Positions 1-14,146 of a DNA stretch of 64,000 bases are shown here, piece after piece. How positions within the stretch are numbered: position 1 is the first letter of the stretch; each line of letters opens with the position of its first letter. The notes beneath the pieces are model-generated. The model was not told the DNA's origin and did not search any database. It saw only the letters and a program-made list of their open reading frames with translations. A program made the translations under genes and the position numbers. Source of the DNA: Marsupella aquatica (Eukaryota; Plantae; Marchantiophyta); contig OZ316896.1 of NCBI GenBank assembly GCA_973895155.1, positions 3,510,738 to 3,574,737 on the forward strand, written 5' to 3'.

Positions 1-3000
1 TGGTACAAACGCCACGATCGTTGTTGTGGACGCTGTCCAGACAATTCGAGTACGACCTGCCACGATCAACTTCTCAATGTCCGCCCGGGCTACCTTTGCC
101 GTCTCTGGCTTTCCTGTTATTTTCGTACTCAAGTCTGCCTTTTCTGCCTAATTATACCCAATTCATGAATGAAAGTGAGAGACGAATGTAGTCGTTAGCG
201 TCTCGATAGATATTTGTCGGTCGCATAAATCCATGTCGACGCATACTAATTAATAATACTTATGAGTATCTACACGTAATTGATTTTCTTGGCACTCGGT
301 GGACTTTAGGGGTACATCGTACCTTCAGCTCTTTACTCTGACTAAGAAATGTTTCCTTTCCTCGCGCGATGCTTGTTAGAATGTAGTCTCCCCATCTTGT
401 CCGGGGAATGGGGCTGACGTTATTCGTCAAGTCAAAGAAAAAACGATCATTCATTTGAGATTCACTTTAGTTCACATTCATCCTTTCGACGTGATGAATC
501 TCGACGTGGTGAATCTCGAGTGATCTCGACGTCTCAACGTCTCCGCTGCCCGTTCACAAGGTCGAGAAAAGTACGTTCTCTCTTTCCGAAATTAAATGTG
601 GCTCGGCCTGAACGGCTGCCAGACGTTACTTTTGAGTTAGTTTCGCTCCTGGACAGAAAGAAACTGGAACGAAGCGATGATCTGGGGATTGGGATCTGGG
701 AAAGTAAAACTTCTTGGACAGAAAGGAGCTCTATGACGCGGGCTATGACGGAACCAAGCAACGATCTGGGATCTCGACCTGGGAAAGTATAACTTTTCGT
801 ATTCGAAATTCTATAAGGTTTTGGCGAAGAAGGCTTTTGTGATCGTGGGATGTATTGACGTATTTACGTCTTGAAGGAGGAAGTCTCATTGTAGTCCGTG
901 ACTAAAGAAATCTGCGAACGTTTAACTGGCGTGAGCAGCATATATAGTAGACTCACGTCTCCTTATAGATCTCTTTCTTCATGAAGTTCAAGCCCGAGTT
1001 CAAGGGGTCGGAGTATTCCAGAGTCTCTCATATTGACGGCCAGCCCTTAGGAAGGAGGCTGTGGCCCGGCCTTCGCAGTAAGAGGATGAGGCAAACGAAG
1101 AGAATGTTCCCAAGCCCCAAGAAATGTGGTCCATTTGAATCTCAGCTGATTCCCCGCTTCCATGACAAATTACCGTCCTGAATTTGTCGACCAGTTCAAG
1201 GAAGTGTCTGCAAGGTGAGGCAATCTTTCTGCCCCTGACTGGGATATCCCTTCAAGTCTAAGAAACCCCACTCCTCAGTATAGACTCCCCTGATGTCGAT
1301 TTCTCTGTCTTACCCTTCCGTGCTCTAACTCCTTGATCATTTCTTCGTCCTTATTTCTAGATTGGTTACACGACTTTCAGATCCAGCAGACAGAATTTCA
1401 CGACCCAAATCCGATTCGTCTGACGACAATTGAAGTCTTACATGCATTGTTTGGGTCGCAGGGAGGGGTTAGGTCTGTAGAGATAGGTACGTACTGTGCT
1501 TAGAAAATATTCCTGCTCAAAACAATGTCAAGATGCGGGCGGTTCCGGAGAACGCTAGCTTAAGTTACGAAGCATGACAATTATGAACCTGTCATTGACA
1601 AAGAATTCTTCTATCGACCAAATTGACAGTAGTTAATATGGTCGATATGCTTAAACTTCCGAGATGTACTGGAGAGAAATTGCTTCCGGAGACTTCAAAT
1701 TGTGCTCTATGAACAGTCAACCAATTGAACGCAATCCATCCTGCACGACATCCTCTGTAACTTCACATCTTTGGACCAAATTTGTGCTCTCAATTACAGT
1801 TACCAGCAAAGACATTTTTAGAATTTTTGGATTTACTGTCAACTGTTCGGTGTGAAGTGGCTGTTAACCAACCAGTTTCCTTTCAATGGTTCATCCACTG
1901 TGGAGCTGAATTACAACGAGCTCCTATAATGCGCGCACACTCAAAGAGACGTCATATCTCACGTACTGCAACTCCGATGGTCATGGCTTTACAGCTGTAC
2001 CTACAGTGGCTTCATTTTGTTGTCGTGACGAAAAACTACAACCCTGTTTTGCCATCACATGCACCCGGGGACTTCGGCAGGGCTGGAGAAAGCTTAAGTG
2101 CCAAGCATGTCCGGTTGGGTTAGTTGACCTCCATGATTTTGACCACTGCTAGTGCTGGCATTGAAGCACATTGTTACAGGAACGACAGAGCTTAATTATT
2201 AGACTTGTTCAGAAGACCAAAGTACCAAACTCACAAACTATTACTGTCTTCTGGGTTGGCAACAGAGGTATGGAACCAATCTTTTACTCCGCAAGCATAT
2301 CTCTTAATCGATAAGTCTCTTAAAGATTTTATCGCAGTGAAATTGTTTCCATTTCTCCCTGACTATGGTTTTCATAAACTAATCGATGCTGTCAGATAGC
2401 CACTGTGTTGTCCAAATGGCCCCCCGTTCAGTTAAGCTATCTACTACCCAAATCGAAACACAGTTTTCTGAAACGGAAAAATTAATGCAGAGCTATTTAT
2501 TAAGCGAGTTTCTGCAAGGGAACAAGAATAGCTCAGAACGAGAAGTGAGACATCAACCACAGTGATATCATGATCGATATCTGATCTGTTTGGTTCCAAA
2601 GGACATCCAGCCAGAAAACCTTAGCAGATCGATGATACTGCTTCGGAGGAGTAAACTAATATAACTCCAATCGGCAGACCCACCCAAACGGAAAGCATTA
2701 GTTGTCAACTGACAATCATAGAAAGGCTCGTCCTCGGAGAAACCTCCTCTCGCTAATACAACAAATCAGTAAAAAACCTGCAGGAAAGGGATTGCTTGCA
2801 AACGACGCTTTCAATACGCATGTTTCAATCCCCTTTAACTGACCAATTTCTTTGGAATTGCTCAAACCTGACATACCTTAGAGAATACGCGTAAGCAAAA
2901 GCGGAAGTCTGCAGGCACCGCACAAACGAACACCTCACCAAACCTTTGCTAGCCAATTGTGTGAGACGGTCCCAATTAAACAGAACGTACAAAAGTCATG

Positions 3001-3229
3001 CATTCCGATCTGTGACTACCCAAGAACAGGGGAGATTGAAAAATCTGTAGCGAATGAACAGGATAGGTGACCTGACTCCAACCAATCACAGGTCACCAAG
3101 CTCTAAAATAGAAGTTATGAACATTGAGGATGGGGGCCAGAGATAGGAGGGAGTGTCTAAAGTAATGCCGCAAGCAAAGTCTTATGTATGTGACCTTTGG
3201 AGATGAGAATGTATTTGGATTGTCATAAA

Positions 3230-3640
3230 GCCAATTTATTTCCTTGTGCCTCACTTAGGGGGCATGTATTTAGATAGCCCATAATTTTTTTGTCCCTGTC
3301 ATAAAGCCAGTTTCTTTTCTTGGCTATACCTTATGGCCTTCTTTTTTCGTCTCTGTCATGAAGCTAATTTATTTCCTTGGATGTACCGCCTAAGGCCCTG
3401 TTTTTTGGGTCCCTGTCATAAAGCCAGTTTATTCCCTTGGTTGTACCTCACTTGCAGCCCTGTTTTGACACGTCCTAGTAGCCATCTTCAGTATGGTATT
3501 TCTTTGGTAGTACCTCACTTACAGCCCAACCTGTTTTGACACGTCCTAGTAGCCATCTTCAGTATGGTATTTCCTTGGTTGTACCTCACTTACGCCCCTG
3601 CTTTGAAACGCCCTAGTAGTCATCTTCAATATGGTAATTG
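3230..3640. repeat. Degenerate tandem repeats (~60-bp GTCATAAAGCC units, then ~3 x ~68-bp TACCTCACTT...CCTAGTAGCCATCTTCAGTATGGTA units)
   Basis: Repeated blocks seen directly, e.g. CTGTTTTGACACGTCCTAGTAGCCATCTTCAGTATGGTATTT at ~3460 and ~3531, with a third degenerate copy at ~3598. Confidence 0.8.
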
Positions 3641-6600
3641 ATGTGGCAGAGCCAATCAACCAGAGGCTAGAGGACACAGGTGGATGGCTTGAGGGCTGAA
3701 TGGTCAGAGGGCGGAGGCAGGTGGCCTAAGGTCCATAGGCCAGAGGTTTCCACCAAATTGAGTTGGAAACTTAAGAGAGCATATCATTGTCCATCATCCA
3801 AAGTTCATTTCATGACTTGTTTTCACGGATGAGTGCAGGACATCACAAGATTCCCAGTAGATGAGCAGAGGAACACCCAGAGAAACTGGCAAATAATAGT
3901 TATGGGATTAGGTGCTGGGTTGCCCTGGAGTTGTTCGGAAGTGGATTCAGGAGGTTTCTGGTTCAGTGTGCATAGTTCTGGGGGTAATCCGGGTTCATCA
4001 AAGGCATCGACCACTCCCATAAACCTATTCTAATAGTATGTAATCTTGTATTGTCATAACTCCCCGTAGTTGCTTACAAAATCAACATATGCATTCCAGA
4101 GATTTTTTGGTAATTGTTGGATAGTGGGCATTGGGTTGCCCAAAGAGTGTCACTCTGTTATCTTGAGAAGGGCTTATGTACTAGGTTATAGATTACCTAA
4201 GTCGTCCGTTTGTTACAAATTATACCATAAAATAATAAGTCCAAGTAAATGTAAGATGATACATGTGGTACACCTGTACTTCCTGGGTGTACTTTATTAC
4301 ATAGGAAAAACAGACATAGACACATGGTGGAAGGTTTAATATGAAATGGAGAAGACAAAGTCATCGAATTCAATGTGCTTGATTTTAATTTTTATGTTAG
4401 CTCGCACCCCCCCCCCCCCCCACCAACTTTTGGAGGTGAATGAAGTGGACTTTTTCTTAATTTGTAGGTGCATGCAAATTGTTGACAGTGGCAAGATGAC
4501 TCAACCTTTCATTTAATTTTCTTGGCACTGCCCAGTATTGCTTCTTTGAATGCATGGAAAATTTTCAGGATCCATAGATTTTTTGCCCTTGTGGGATTAA
4601 TTTTCTTTGCAACGTATTCACACTAAATACTTTTGTGCCCACAACCTTTAGTTTGTGTCAACCTAAACATTCCATGTTGATAGTACTTTGCACCCAATTT
4701 AGGTGGTTCTTTTCTTTCCATAGGAACCGGAATGGGATGGATAGAAGGACTGCGAGGAAAGGGAATTTTCAAGGAGGACCCACAGTCCGTCGCCATGTTT
4801 GCTTTCACCTTGTGCCATCTGCCTTCCCTAGCTTGCACCTCACCCTTACACACCGCCTCCCTGGCATGGGCAAGAGGAGGAGAGAAGCAAGAGGCCGGGA
4901 TAGGAGGAAAAGCATCTTCTAATGTATGCAACGAAATCCTTTATGCAACTGATACCATCTTGTGTGCAACACAACAGTATTGAGCAAGTTAGGATAAGAT
5001 AAACCTAGCATATGTGTACCACATGTGTCTGGGTTTAGTGATGGTATTTGATTAGAGGCCCTCTCCCTAGGAGTATTTTAGGGAATATTTTAGTTAATGC
5101 TCCAAGGGAGGTTTGTTGGCTTGAGTTATTTGGGGTTATAGCAAGGGTAGTCCCAAGTAGAGGCAAAGGGGGAACTCTATCATTCGATATTTTGGAGCTG
5201 GAAGTACACCCTACCACAAAGCTCATGTGGAGTAGTGAGACTAGAAAGTGGTATGCTATTCCATGGAGACTGAAGCTAGGTCAAATTAGTATCAATTTTC
5301 TCAAATTAATCATGAAAACTCAAAATCAAGTCAAAATCAAACCATCATTGACAAAAGTAAACAGAATTGGGAAAGATCACAAATCAAACCAAACCAGACT
5401 AAACTATAGGAGCGACCATGAAATTAAAGCAAAATTAAAGCAAATTGAATATAGATATAGACTACCATAGCATACCACAAGAAAATTTGTACATATAACT
5501 TTTAAGTACATTGCCACTAAAGATGTTTGAATTTATAATAATGTCACTGTTTTTCTGGTATTCGGGTTTCTCTATATAGTTCCCCTAGTTACCTTGGTAA
5601 ATTTGTCATCCTTTAGTTTAGTAAAGGGTGGCATTTTTATAGATACACACAAAACACTGGCAATATTGTGAATAAAAGATCTTTAGTTGCAAACTGATTA
5701 AAAGGTGTTGGCACATATACACTCCAAATGGCCCAAACGGAGATCCTCTTGTTCTTCGATTCTAGTTGTTCACAGTTCAGTGAGGCAAGGGAGCAATTTC
5801 AGCTCCCGCCTATCTGCTCTTGCTTGGGTTCTTCAGTATCAGTGTCCTCATTACTGTAATCATCATGCTCGGACGCCTTCCAGAGAGCCATTGATTTGCG
5901 CTTCCGTGATGAAATCAACAAAACTAGGCCGCATCAAAGAATCCACTCATCTCCGGTGAACAGAATGACGTTTACTCTGCGCAACTCGTCCGTGATTCTG
6001 GGTACCGGAGCGCCAGGATCTGGTTTGTAGGTATAAATCGAGCATTGGCCGGACTGAATGCATCGCTCCTACGTACGTCATGACCAAGGTGATTCTCTAG
6101 AAATAGAGGAGAAAGTTCAACGGAGGACTTTATTCTGACTTCAGCCGGAAGGAAAGTATACAAGCCCACATAGTAATACATAGTAAAGTCCATCAGATAT
6201 ACTATTTGTATTATTGTTTGACAAGTGACCTGATGCTGACTCTTATATGAGATCAACAGTATTGTTCTTTCAAGGGGGCAATCCTTTCATAGGATGTTCT
6301 CTCTAAGGTAGGATCTACCTAGAACACTATTAAACAGGAATTAACTGACACAATTCGACGACCATTCCACGATACTGCGACAATGTCAAAATCACAGACA
6401 TGAACGCGTTCCCGACCAACTGTCTCGTAACATCCAATTGCTGACGATTCTCGCCTGGTTTCTCGCCTGTCACTGACTGGCCGGTAGAGCGCTGAAAGTC
6501 AAATGCATATCCCCCGGTATCCAACGTGACGCCGCGAAAGCACTCTTTTTCACTTTTGACGTTGCAAGCTTGTCTCAACCCTTACCGCAGAAAAGTTAGT

Positions 6601-9295
6601 CATCCTTCTGCGTTGCTACCCCGCAGGCACCTGAGGAGAATGTATTTGTTCTGCAGAGAAGCCTCTTCGGCACTCACTTTACGCATTCACCAACGGCTAC
6701 TCCTGTAGATCTGATATATTCTTTGCGAGAATACATTGCGGAGTTTTACAATTGCTTTTACACTTGTGGAGACGAGACCAGCGGCGCTGAGATCTACCGT
6801 GCCTTATTAGTACTCACACTCTTGTGGCAACGTGCAACCAGGTAGCCTCTCCATGTACGTATGTTTGACAATCCCAAGCTAGACGATCCCTGGTTCCGCC
6901 ATTGCCATCTACAGTAGCTTTCAGTTGAGAATGCAGCTTACACTCTCATGTTCAACCCTCAAAACAGGACTCTACGGCGCACAGTAACGGATTGCTAGGA
7001 GAGTGGCCTCCACTGCTAGTAGGCTGGATTGCCCTGGCTGAGAAGAAATAGAGCTATTTATCGATTCATCCTCAGACAGGGCTCGGGCCAGGGAATTCAC
7101 CAAAATTGACTTCCCTTCTCAATAATTCTAATGAACAATGTACACATTTTTAGTGGTGGCCTTCAAGAAAATAGCCCTCGTTTCGGATTGTTTTCATGTT
7201 AAATATTAAAAATATCAATTTGTAAACTCAAGGTAAGGAAACTATAGGGATTGCAATAGACCAATCAAAACAACAATTATAGTTTTAGTTTGGAACCAAA
7301 AATGAATGTCCCTTTTGGATCTTCGTTCTCGTGGATGAAAGAATAAGTCATTTTTAGTGATTACATGTATCATAGCTCCTATGCGCAAGTTTGAATTGGG
7401 ATATATACTGTACAGATTATCACATTGAGGTCTATCTTTCCAGACAAACACAGGTTAACGGTCAAGACACTCCTCATCCCAAACATGGACATACGTCAGT
7501 TATACAGTTCTTCCTCAATCAAGTGCTAAACACAAATTCTAAGTTCTAATATTCACGATGTAAATTGACTTACTCGAGCATGTATATCTAGTTGCAGCTG
7601 CATTCAACAAGGGATTTTGATTCAGACAATTTTGACACACTCCAGTTGAATTTGTATGTATTACAAGTTAGGCCCTTCTAAGAATCCCGCCTGAACTTTT
7701 TGCCCTCTGGTTACAAGTCGGGGAGGGGGGGGGGAGGGGTGACAATTAAAGATCCACTAGCCATGACAAAAACATGGTTCCACAAATTTCACCATGTTTA
7801 GATTTTTTTCCTGAAATGGAGGAGCAAAACCTCACAGTAGAGGAGAGGAGCAAAACCTCACGGTAGAGGAGAGGAATGGAAAAATGGGAGAAGTATGGAC
7901 ACTCCTCCTTTTATATGGCCGGTGCAGGGGCCAGCCACTGCTGGTTTAAGGAGAAATTAAGGGGAGCTAGGGGGAGGCACACGGGAGGAAATAAGGATAG
8001 GGGGAGGTTCAATCCTGGCCCTTCCCCTCTCGGCCACGTGATGGGAAAAAGGGAGGGGTGAGAATCACAAGGACAAAAGTCCTCCTTACTCTCGCCTCTC
8101 CCCCTCTGTCAATCCTGGCCTCTTCACCTCCCAAGTGAGTACACCTGCCCCCTCCCTACACCCCCTTCCACACAACTAGGTAGTTCATCACATGTATTTT
8201 TTTGCACGTATTGACAATGGTGGTTTTTTCACTTTGTGCATTGTGGCCTTTCCGGTCCAAATTGATTATTTAATATAGGCTACATCTTTTGTGTAATTAT
8301 ATGTTTTATTTTATTTGCTAAACTTACTACATCTTTTGTGTAATGTTATGTTTTATATAAGGACACCACTTCAAGAACTATAATACAATGTTCCACCTTT
8401 TATGCAGTGGTAGTTTGTTGAATCTGAAGGGCCCACAAAGTAAAAAATGTGACCAAAGAGAAGGAATAAACCAAAATAAAATTATATATAGTGTGAAGAA
8501 AAGAATGACACATTTTCCAAGCAAGCAGTAATGAGGATTCCCAAGGCATGAAAATCAAGTACTATATGGACCATCTATGCATAGTACCATCCATGCATAG
8601 AAAATACTACTCTCCATGCCACGACATCCATTAATATCAAGTACCCAAGTGGTAATCTATGTCATACCCTACACATCAAACCAAAAAGTAGAGGGGAAAA
8701 GGGGGGATTTAAGGTTTAAAAGGAATTTAAAAAAAAATACAAAGAAAAAAGTCATTCTTACCTGGTGGTCCTTTGTGGTTGTTGTCGCGCATTTGCACTG
8801 TGACATCTTTTACTAGATAACAATTTTTGTGTAATGAGATGTTTTTGACAAAAAAATCTTTTACTCATTGATATATTTGCACCATGATATTTTTCTTAAA
8901 AAAATCTTTAGTATAATGTGGTCTATTCTACATTAACATCTTTTGCCAAATGATATCTTTTATCACTTAGACATATTTAACGCAACAACATATTATATTC
9001 ATCCACATGTTTTGCACATGATTTTGAAAAATGTCTTCTGAGCCAGGTCCTCGCCTAGGATTGATCTAACTGCACTTCCAAGTTACTTCAAGCGTAATCA
9101 ATATCTTCTGGTGTGGACAATGTCTTCTGTAGTCGACTCCAAGAGTCCTGTCAGATGCGTCGGCCGATGTGGTGAAGGCGGGCCCTGTCAGATTGCCACG
9201 AATCCTATCCCATGTGGTGAAGGTGGACCTTAATCAGAAACAGATCTACGCCAAGTAGAACCAGCAGAGCACTCCCAGCATATATCTGAAGTTAA

Positions 9296-9306
9296 GAGTA
9301 TTTATA
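9296..9306 (+). promoter_or_regulatory. Putative TATA box of GLP copy 1
   Basis: GAGTATTTATA lies ~130 bp upstream of the ATG; the same 11-mer lies at an equivalent distance upstream of GLP copy 3 (26966-26976, minus strand). Confidence 0.6.
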
Positions 9307-9432
9307 AGCTGTGCGCAATAGCTTATATCATCAACTTCACTCAGCTCATCAGACAAATTTATCAACATCGTCCTCGTTCTATCACTCAGCTTGCTTGTTC
9401 GACAGACCTGCTTCTTCATCGAAAGGCCCAGC

Positions 9433-10149
9433 ATGGCATCGACAGTTGCACATCTCCAAGTTCTTCTGATGATCGTGGGTCTGGCAGTTGCAGGCCTCGG
9501 CAACGCCCCGAAAGGAGTGATAGCGGCTGATTCGGATCCGCTCCAAGACTTCTGTATTGCGGACCTGACCGCCGCAGGGCCTGCAGTTAACGGTTTCCCA
9601 TGCCAGGACCCCGCACTCGCCACCACCGAAGACTTCGCATTTTCGGGGCTAGCGAACGCCGCTAATCTCACGGGCAACCCGATCAATGGCACAGCCACAT
9701 TCGGCTTTGTTCGAGAATGGCCTGCACTTAACACATTGGGATTGGGTCTGGCTCGATTGGACATCAACCCTGGCGGAATCATCATGCCACATACTCATAA
9801 TTTGGCTACGGAGATCCTGTTCTGTCTAGAGGGAGAGATCTACACCGGCTTCGTCACAAATAGCGATAACCCCACAGTCCCCAACAAGCTGTACGCGAAG
9901 ATCGTCAAAAAGGGCGAGGCATTTATCTTCCCGAGGGGACTCCTCCACTTCCAGCTGAACAAGGGCACCGTACCAGCAGTCAGCTTGAACGTGCTGAATG
10001 GACAAAATCCGGGCATTCAGCTTATGCCGGTGGCGCTCTTTGGGGTAGGGATCGATCCAGAGCTTCTCGCCAAATCATTCTTCATCAATGAAACTGCGGT
10101 GGCCGACTTAGAAAGCATCTTGTCTCAATTCGTCCATGTCTTTGACTGA
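9433..10149 (+). CDS. Germin-like protein (cupin_1), secreted, intronless; copy 1
   Basis: Signal peptide, N-terminal DPLQDFCIAD, germin box 1 GGIIMPHTHNLATEI and box 2 GEAFIFPRGLLHFQLN; the Mn ligands H,H,E,H are intact. Confidence 0.95.
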   Translation: MASTVAHLQVLLMIVGLAVAGLGNAPKGVIAADSDPLQDFCIADLTAAGPAVNGFPCQDPALATTEDFAFSGLANAANLTGNPINGTATFGFVREWPALNTLGLGLARLDINPGGIIMPHTHNLATEILFCLEGEIYTGFVTNSDNPTVPNKLYAKIVKKGEAFIFPRGLLHFQLNKGTVPAVSLNVLNGQNPGIQLMPVALFGVGIDPELLAKSFFINETAVADLESILSQFVHVFD

Positions 10150-11003
10150 GCTGAGCTGCAATGAATATATTTTACCAGCGATGCTACGGCACGACTGCAA
10201 GAAGCCTTTTCCTTCGTACGATATGAGTATATAAAATAACCCGCGCGCGCGTCATAAAATCCGTCAGCCCTTCTCTTCGCGCGAACAAATTGTATATTTT
10301 GCCCAGACAGTAGCTGGAGCCCGGGCTTGAATCTTGTCCGAATGATGTGCACTCCGGTAGATTAAAATACCGACACCTTCTTTGTATTTGATCGACCAGA
10401 GCTTCTTAGGCCTAATAAATTTTAAAGAGTCAATTTGGTGTGCGTCGTGAGACTGGTTTGGTTGGTGGATTACTTGTGAAGTGCTTCAACTTTTGGTCTC
10501 AATCAATATTGAATGAAGTTGAATGGGGTACATTTTTGATAATTTGATGATCATTCTGGTTTAGCTCAATTATGTAACTGAAAATTCAATGTTAGAATGG
10601 ATTAACGATACTTGCGAGCGTGCTGGACCTAGCTGTATTCTACATCTGCTTCCAATTAATTTGACATCTCCGCTATATACCCTTCTGGTAGGTCAGTTTG
10701 CAAATGAATCCCAGCAACCTCAATCACCTCAGTTGTCCACAAGCACATACAGCATTACTCAGCCGCTCCGACAATTTCTGCAACTAAGTTGATGATCGAT
10801 CTGCGTCATTCGAACTCCAGATTTGGGGCCAGCGAAGAAGCTAGCTATGCCGGCTGAGCTACGGTCTAATGTTATCACCCGAATGTAACCCTTTTGGCAA
10901 CAAGTTTTTGTTGTCAGCTAGCCGTTTAACTAGAAAGGCAGCCCAATATAGTAGCCACTCATTTCCCAACTGAGAGTAGATGCATCTAGTCTAGATTTGA
11001 TGC

Positions 11004-11110
11004 TGTCTTCCCTAACTCACGCTCAAGTTTTCATCGGGCGCTAGCTAGCAAGTTCTGTCTCTTCCCTAGGTCACGCTCAAGTTTTCATCGGGCGCTAGCT
11101 AGCAAGTTCT
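11004..11110. repeat. Tandem duplication of ~55 bp
   Basis: TCACGCTCAAGTTTTCATCGGGCGCTAGCTAGCAAGTTCT occurs twice in tandem. Confidence 0.85.
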
Positions 11111-13799
11111 ATCAAGGATTATGATAATCGTACACTTAGCTTGCAGCCTTGCTACGTAGATATCCCTATAACTCGGAATCTAACATCATGGTGTAAAATC
11201 CAATCGAGGGCAATATTCGAATGGAAGGTTCCCTGTGCAACTTTCAAGGCGGGATAGATACTACAAACACAGATATTGGAAAGGGATATGCCCATCAGTT
11301 ATTTTCAGTGATTGGATGTATCGATATTATTTAAATTCTAGTTTTATTGTATATAAGGGTGAGCACACCCTAGCTAATCCCAGCCATGTTCCGCAAATTA
11401 AACGGTTTTTTTGGCGTTACAAGAATCTGTCGTTTATCTTAGCGTGTTTCATTAGGCTGCAGCGAATGCAACTCTGAGCAACAGGAATTGCAGAGAAAGC
11501 GACTCTGAACAACAGGAAGGTTCTGTATTGAAGTGCGAGGTATTCAGCTGTATACCCCAAGACAAATGAAGTGGAGGAGCTCACAAAGCCGCTCCGAGTC
11601 GAATAGAGTTCAAACGGCTCGTGAAACGATTGTGACAAGGCTGTAGCCGGCATGCATGACCTCGTGCATATATGGCCAGCTGCTTTTCACGTTTCCTTCT
11701 TGTTTGGGCTCAGGCGGTTGTTTGATACCAAATCCTTCTTAGAAGAATCGACCGGCAGATCTGGTCTCATCGGCTTTATTATTGGGGCTCTTTCCGTTCT
11801 TTCCTCCTAGTGCTTCACGTGTCTTCTCCACTGGATGAATGAAATGCAGAGTATGTCCTTCCCTTCTTCAGGCCCTGTCATGAGCTTGTGACAGCTCTAG
11901 ACAACAAATTACCGGTATCCGTTAGGGGGTCTCCAACCTAAAATTTTGATGACCCTTTACTCAGTACACTAGTTAAAGTTGCCCACAATAATTGTGGACC
12001 ACCAAATTTATATTATATAACTTTTGTCATAAAGATTGGTCATATGCCATGTCATTACCATAAATCAAACTAAGTCTAAGTCAGTGTGAAGGTTAGTGAA
12101 AAAAAACACTTCTACATAACCATTTGAAAAAGCTATGGCCATTTGCTTATGGCCAGAAGCCATTGTCGGCAGCTTTGAGAAGCACTAATTAGGCTTCCAA
12201 GCACAATGGTCACCATGTCAAGAGGGGAATGTGGCAGCTCTGCAGGGTGAAACGGAGGGATCTTAGAGAGTTCTTCCAAGCGTAGTGGGTCACCAAGAGG
12301 GGACAGCTCTGCAGGGTGAAACTCTCGGTTTCACCTTGGAGCAAACAGTAGAAGCGCTGCATGCAATCTATGGCCTGAGCTGGCAGTCATTTGGTAATCC
12401 TATATGAAAAATAGCAGAGAGCCTTAAAGTTTTCCTATTGTTGGGGCTGTCATAAGTAAAATTTCTAAAGAGATAACTTGTATTGAGTCTCAGAGCATTC
12501 CCACATAAGACTGCAAAACTGACTCGGCATCCAACAAAGTAGTAAAGGCCAGTTACCAGACTTTGGGCATTTAGACATGCCTGGTCACATATCCTACAGG
12601 TGCACCAAAATTCAGGTTACTTTGGTTTCAAACCCAAGCCTGCACAACTCAAATCAGAGAATTGAAGAAACTTTCAAGGAATGTTGGTACAAAAAAGTAG
12701 ATAATCAAATTCTTGATTTTGCACGCACTTATTTTTAACAGTGGTGGACCTCCCACAAAGCACCCCTAATTGTCAAGCTCAATCCTCTCTCTTGCGGCGT
12801 GCTCAACCTTGCCACTAACACGGAAACTTGAATAAGCTAAGCTCATGTGATCCCATTCACTGAGGGCAACAACTCCCATGTGTAAAGCCTCACTTCTGCC
12901 AGCAAGGCTAAAAGTCATGGACTCAATATTCTCACTCAATACTGACATGCACATATATATATATATAGAGAATGATCCCCAAGGTAAATACTCCATTTAA
13001 TTAACTTGACAGTTGCTCAACAATTAGTGGTAAAGTGGAACCTACCGGACTATGTTTTTCACATTAAAAAGTCCAAAAAGGGAGGAGGGAACAAAGCTGC
13101 CAACAGCAAGCAAGGGGGAAAAAACCACCCAAGCCAACTTTAAGAACCTGGGGAACAAGGGCACCAAACAGCAACCAAGCAAGAAGTTAGCTTACCTATA
13201 GCATCCACCCCAAGGAAAATAACTCGGAAAATAAGGGGAAACTCTAATAAAGCCATGAGTGCCAACAGATCCACCAGTGCATATATGCAGCCAGAGCTTA
13301 TGGTGTCAACCAAAACCCAAAACAAAAAGTTGCTATCAATCCAAATCAGATAGCTATTTAAGATCCAATTGCTCCACCTAGTGCTAAGCACCTATGCATG
13401 CCTTGGCTGCCATTACCTGTCTCACACTTTCCCCAACCTATAATTTTGCAACACTCTTTTGTGAAACAACCTCTTTTATGCAACATCTTATACTACCTAC
13501 AGTCAAACTAAAGCGCCTGGTAGAGTGTGTGGTGTTTGACTAGAGGCCTGCCCTAAGACCCCTAGCAAAGACTGTGAATGCTTGAGCCAAGACACTTTAG
13601 TAACTTACAATTTTTAGTGGCTCTAAAGCCACTCTAAGGTGGGCAGGCTAGCCCTTGAGATGGCTGGTGGCCTCCAGCTCCGGCCCATCAGTAGTGAATC
13701 CCCAGGCTGCTTCTTCTTCTTCTCTGCCTTGGAAGCCAAAAGTATACCCATCCAACAGAGGATAGACGCAGGGAAAGACGCGGGGATAGAATATGCGCC

Positions 13800-14100
13800 A
13801 GTGTAGGGTTGGACACCTAAGTAGGCATCACGGACCCATACCAGGAAGGAGAGAGGGTTGGACACCTAGGGATCACGGACCCATACCAGGAAGGAGGAGG
13901 GTTGGACTCTACTTTGGAGTATGCACCACTGTAGAGTAGCCCATAAGGGGGGACGATAACCAGGTATCCAACCAATACAAGGAAGGAGAGAGGGTTGGAC
14001 ACCTAGGGATCCCACAGAGACACATTCCAGGAAGAAGGAGGGTTGGACCAGGACCACATAGCGGACAGGGACCCATTCTAAGTAGGAAGATGGAGGGTTA
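13800..14100. repeat. Degenerate GGAAGGAG(A)GGGTTGGAC / GACCCATACCA repeats
   Basis: GGGTTGGAC-containing units recur at ~13806, 13855, 13899, 13992 and 14040. Confidence 0.7.
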
Positions 14101-14146
14101 CCCCAGGACCACAAAGCAGTCAGCCAAAGATTGAGAAGAAACAAGT

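Noticed and set aside
1-1470. Possible LTR or retroelement terminal region (distinct composition, TATA-like sequence at ~940, purine run at ~1460)
   Set aside because: No matching TG...CA inverted ends, TSD, second copy or coding motif could be established within the window
4261-5027. 13-bp inverted repeat ACATGTGGTACAC/GTGTACCACATGT as MITE ends
   Set aside because: No TSD or second copy found
9246-9785. Antisense ORFs over the GLP and CaM-binding genes (also 22512-22985 and 17972-18379)
   Set aside because: Shadow ORFs of well-supported genes on the opposite strand
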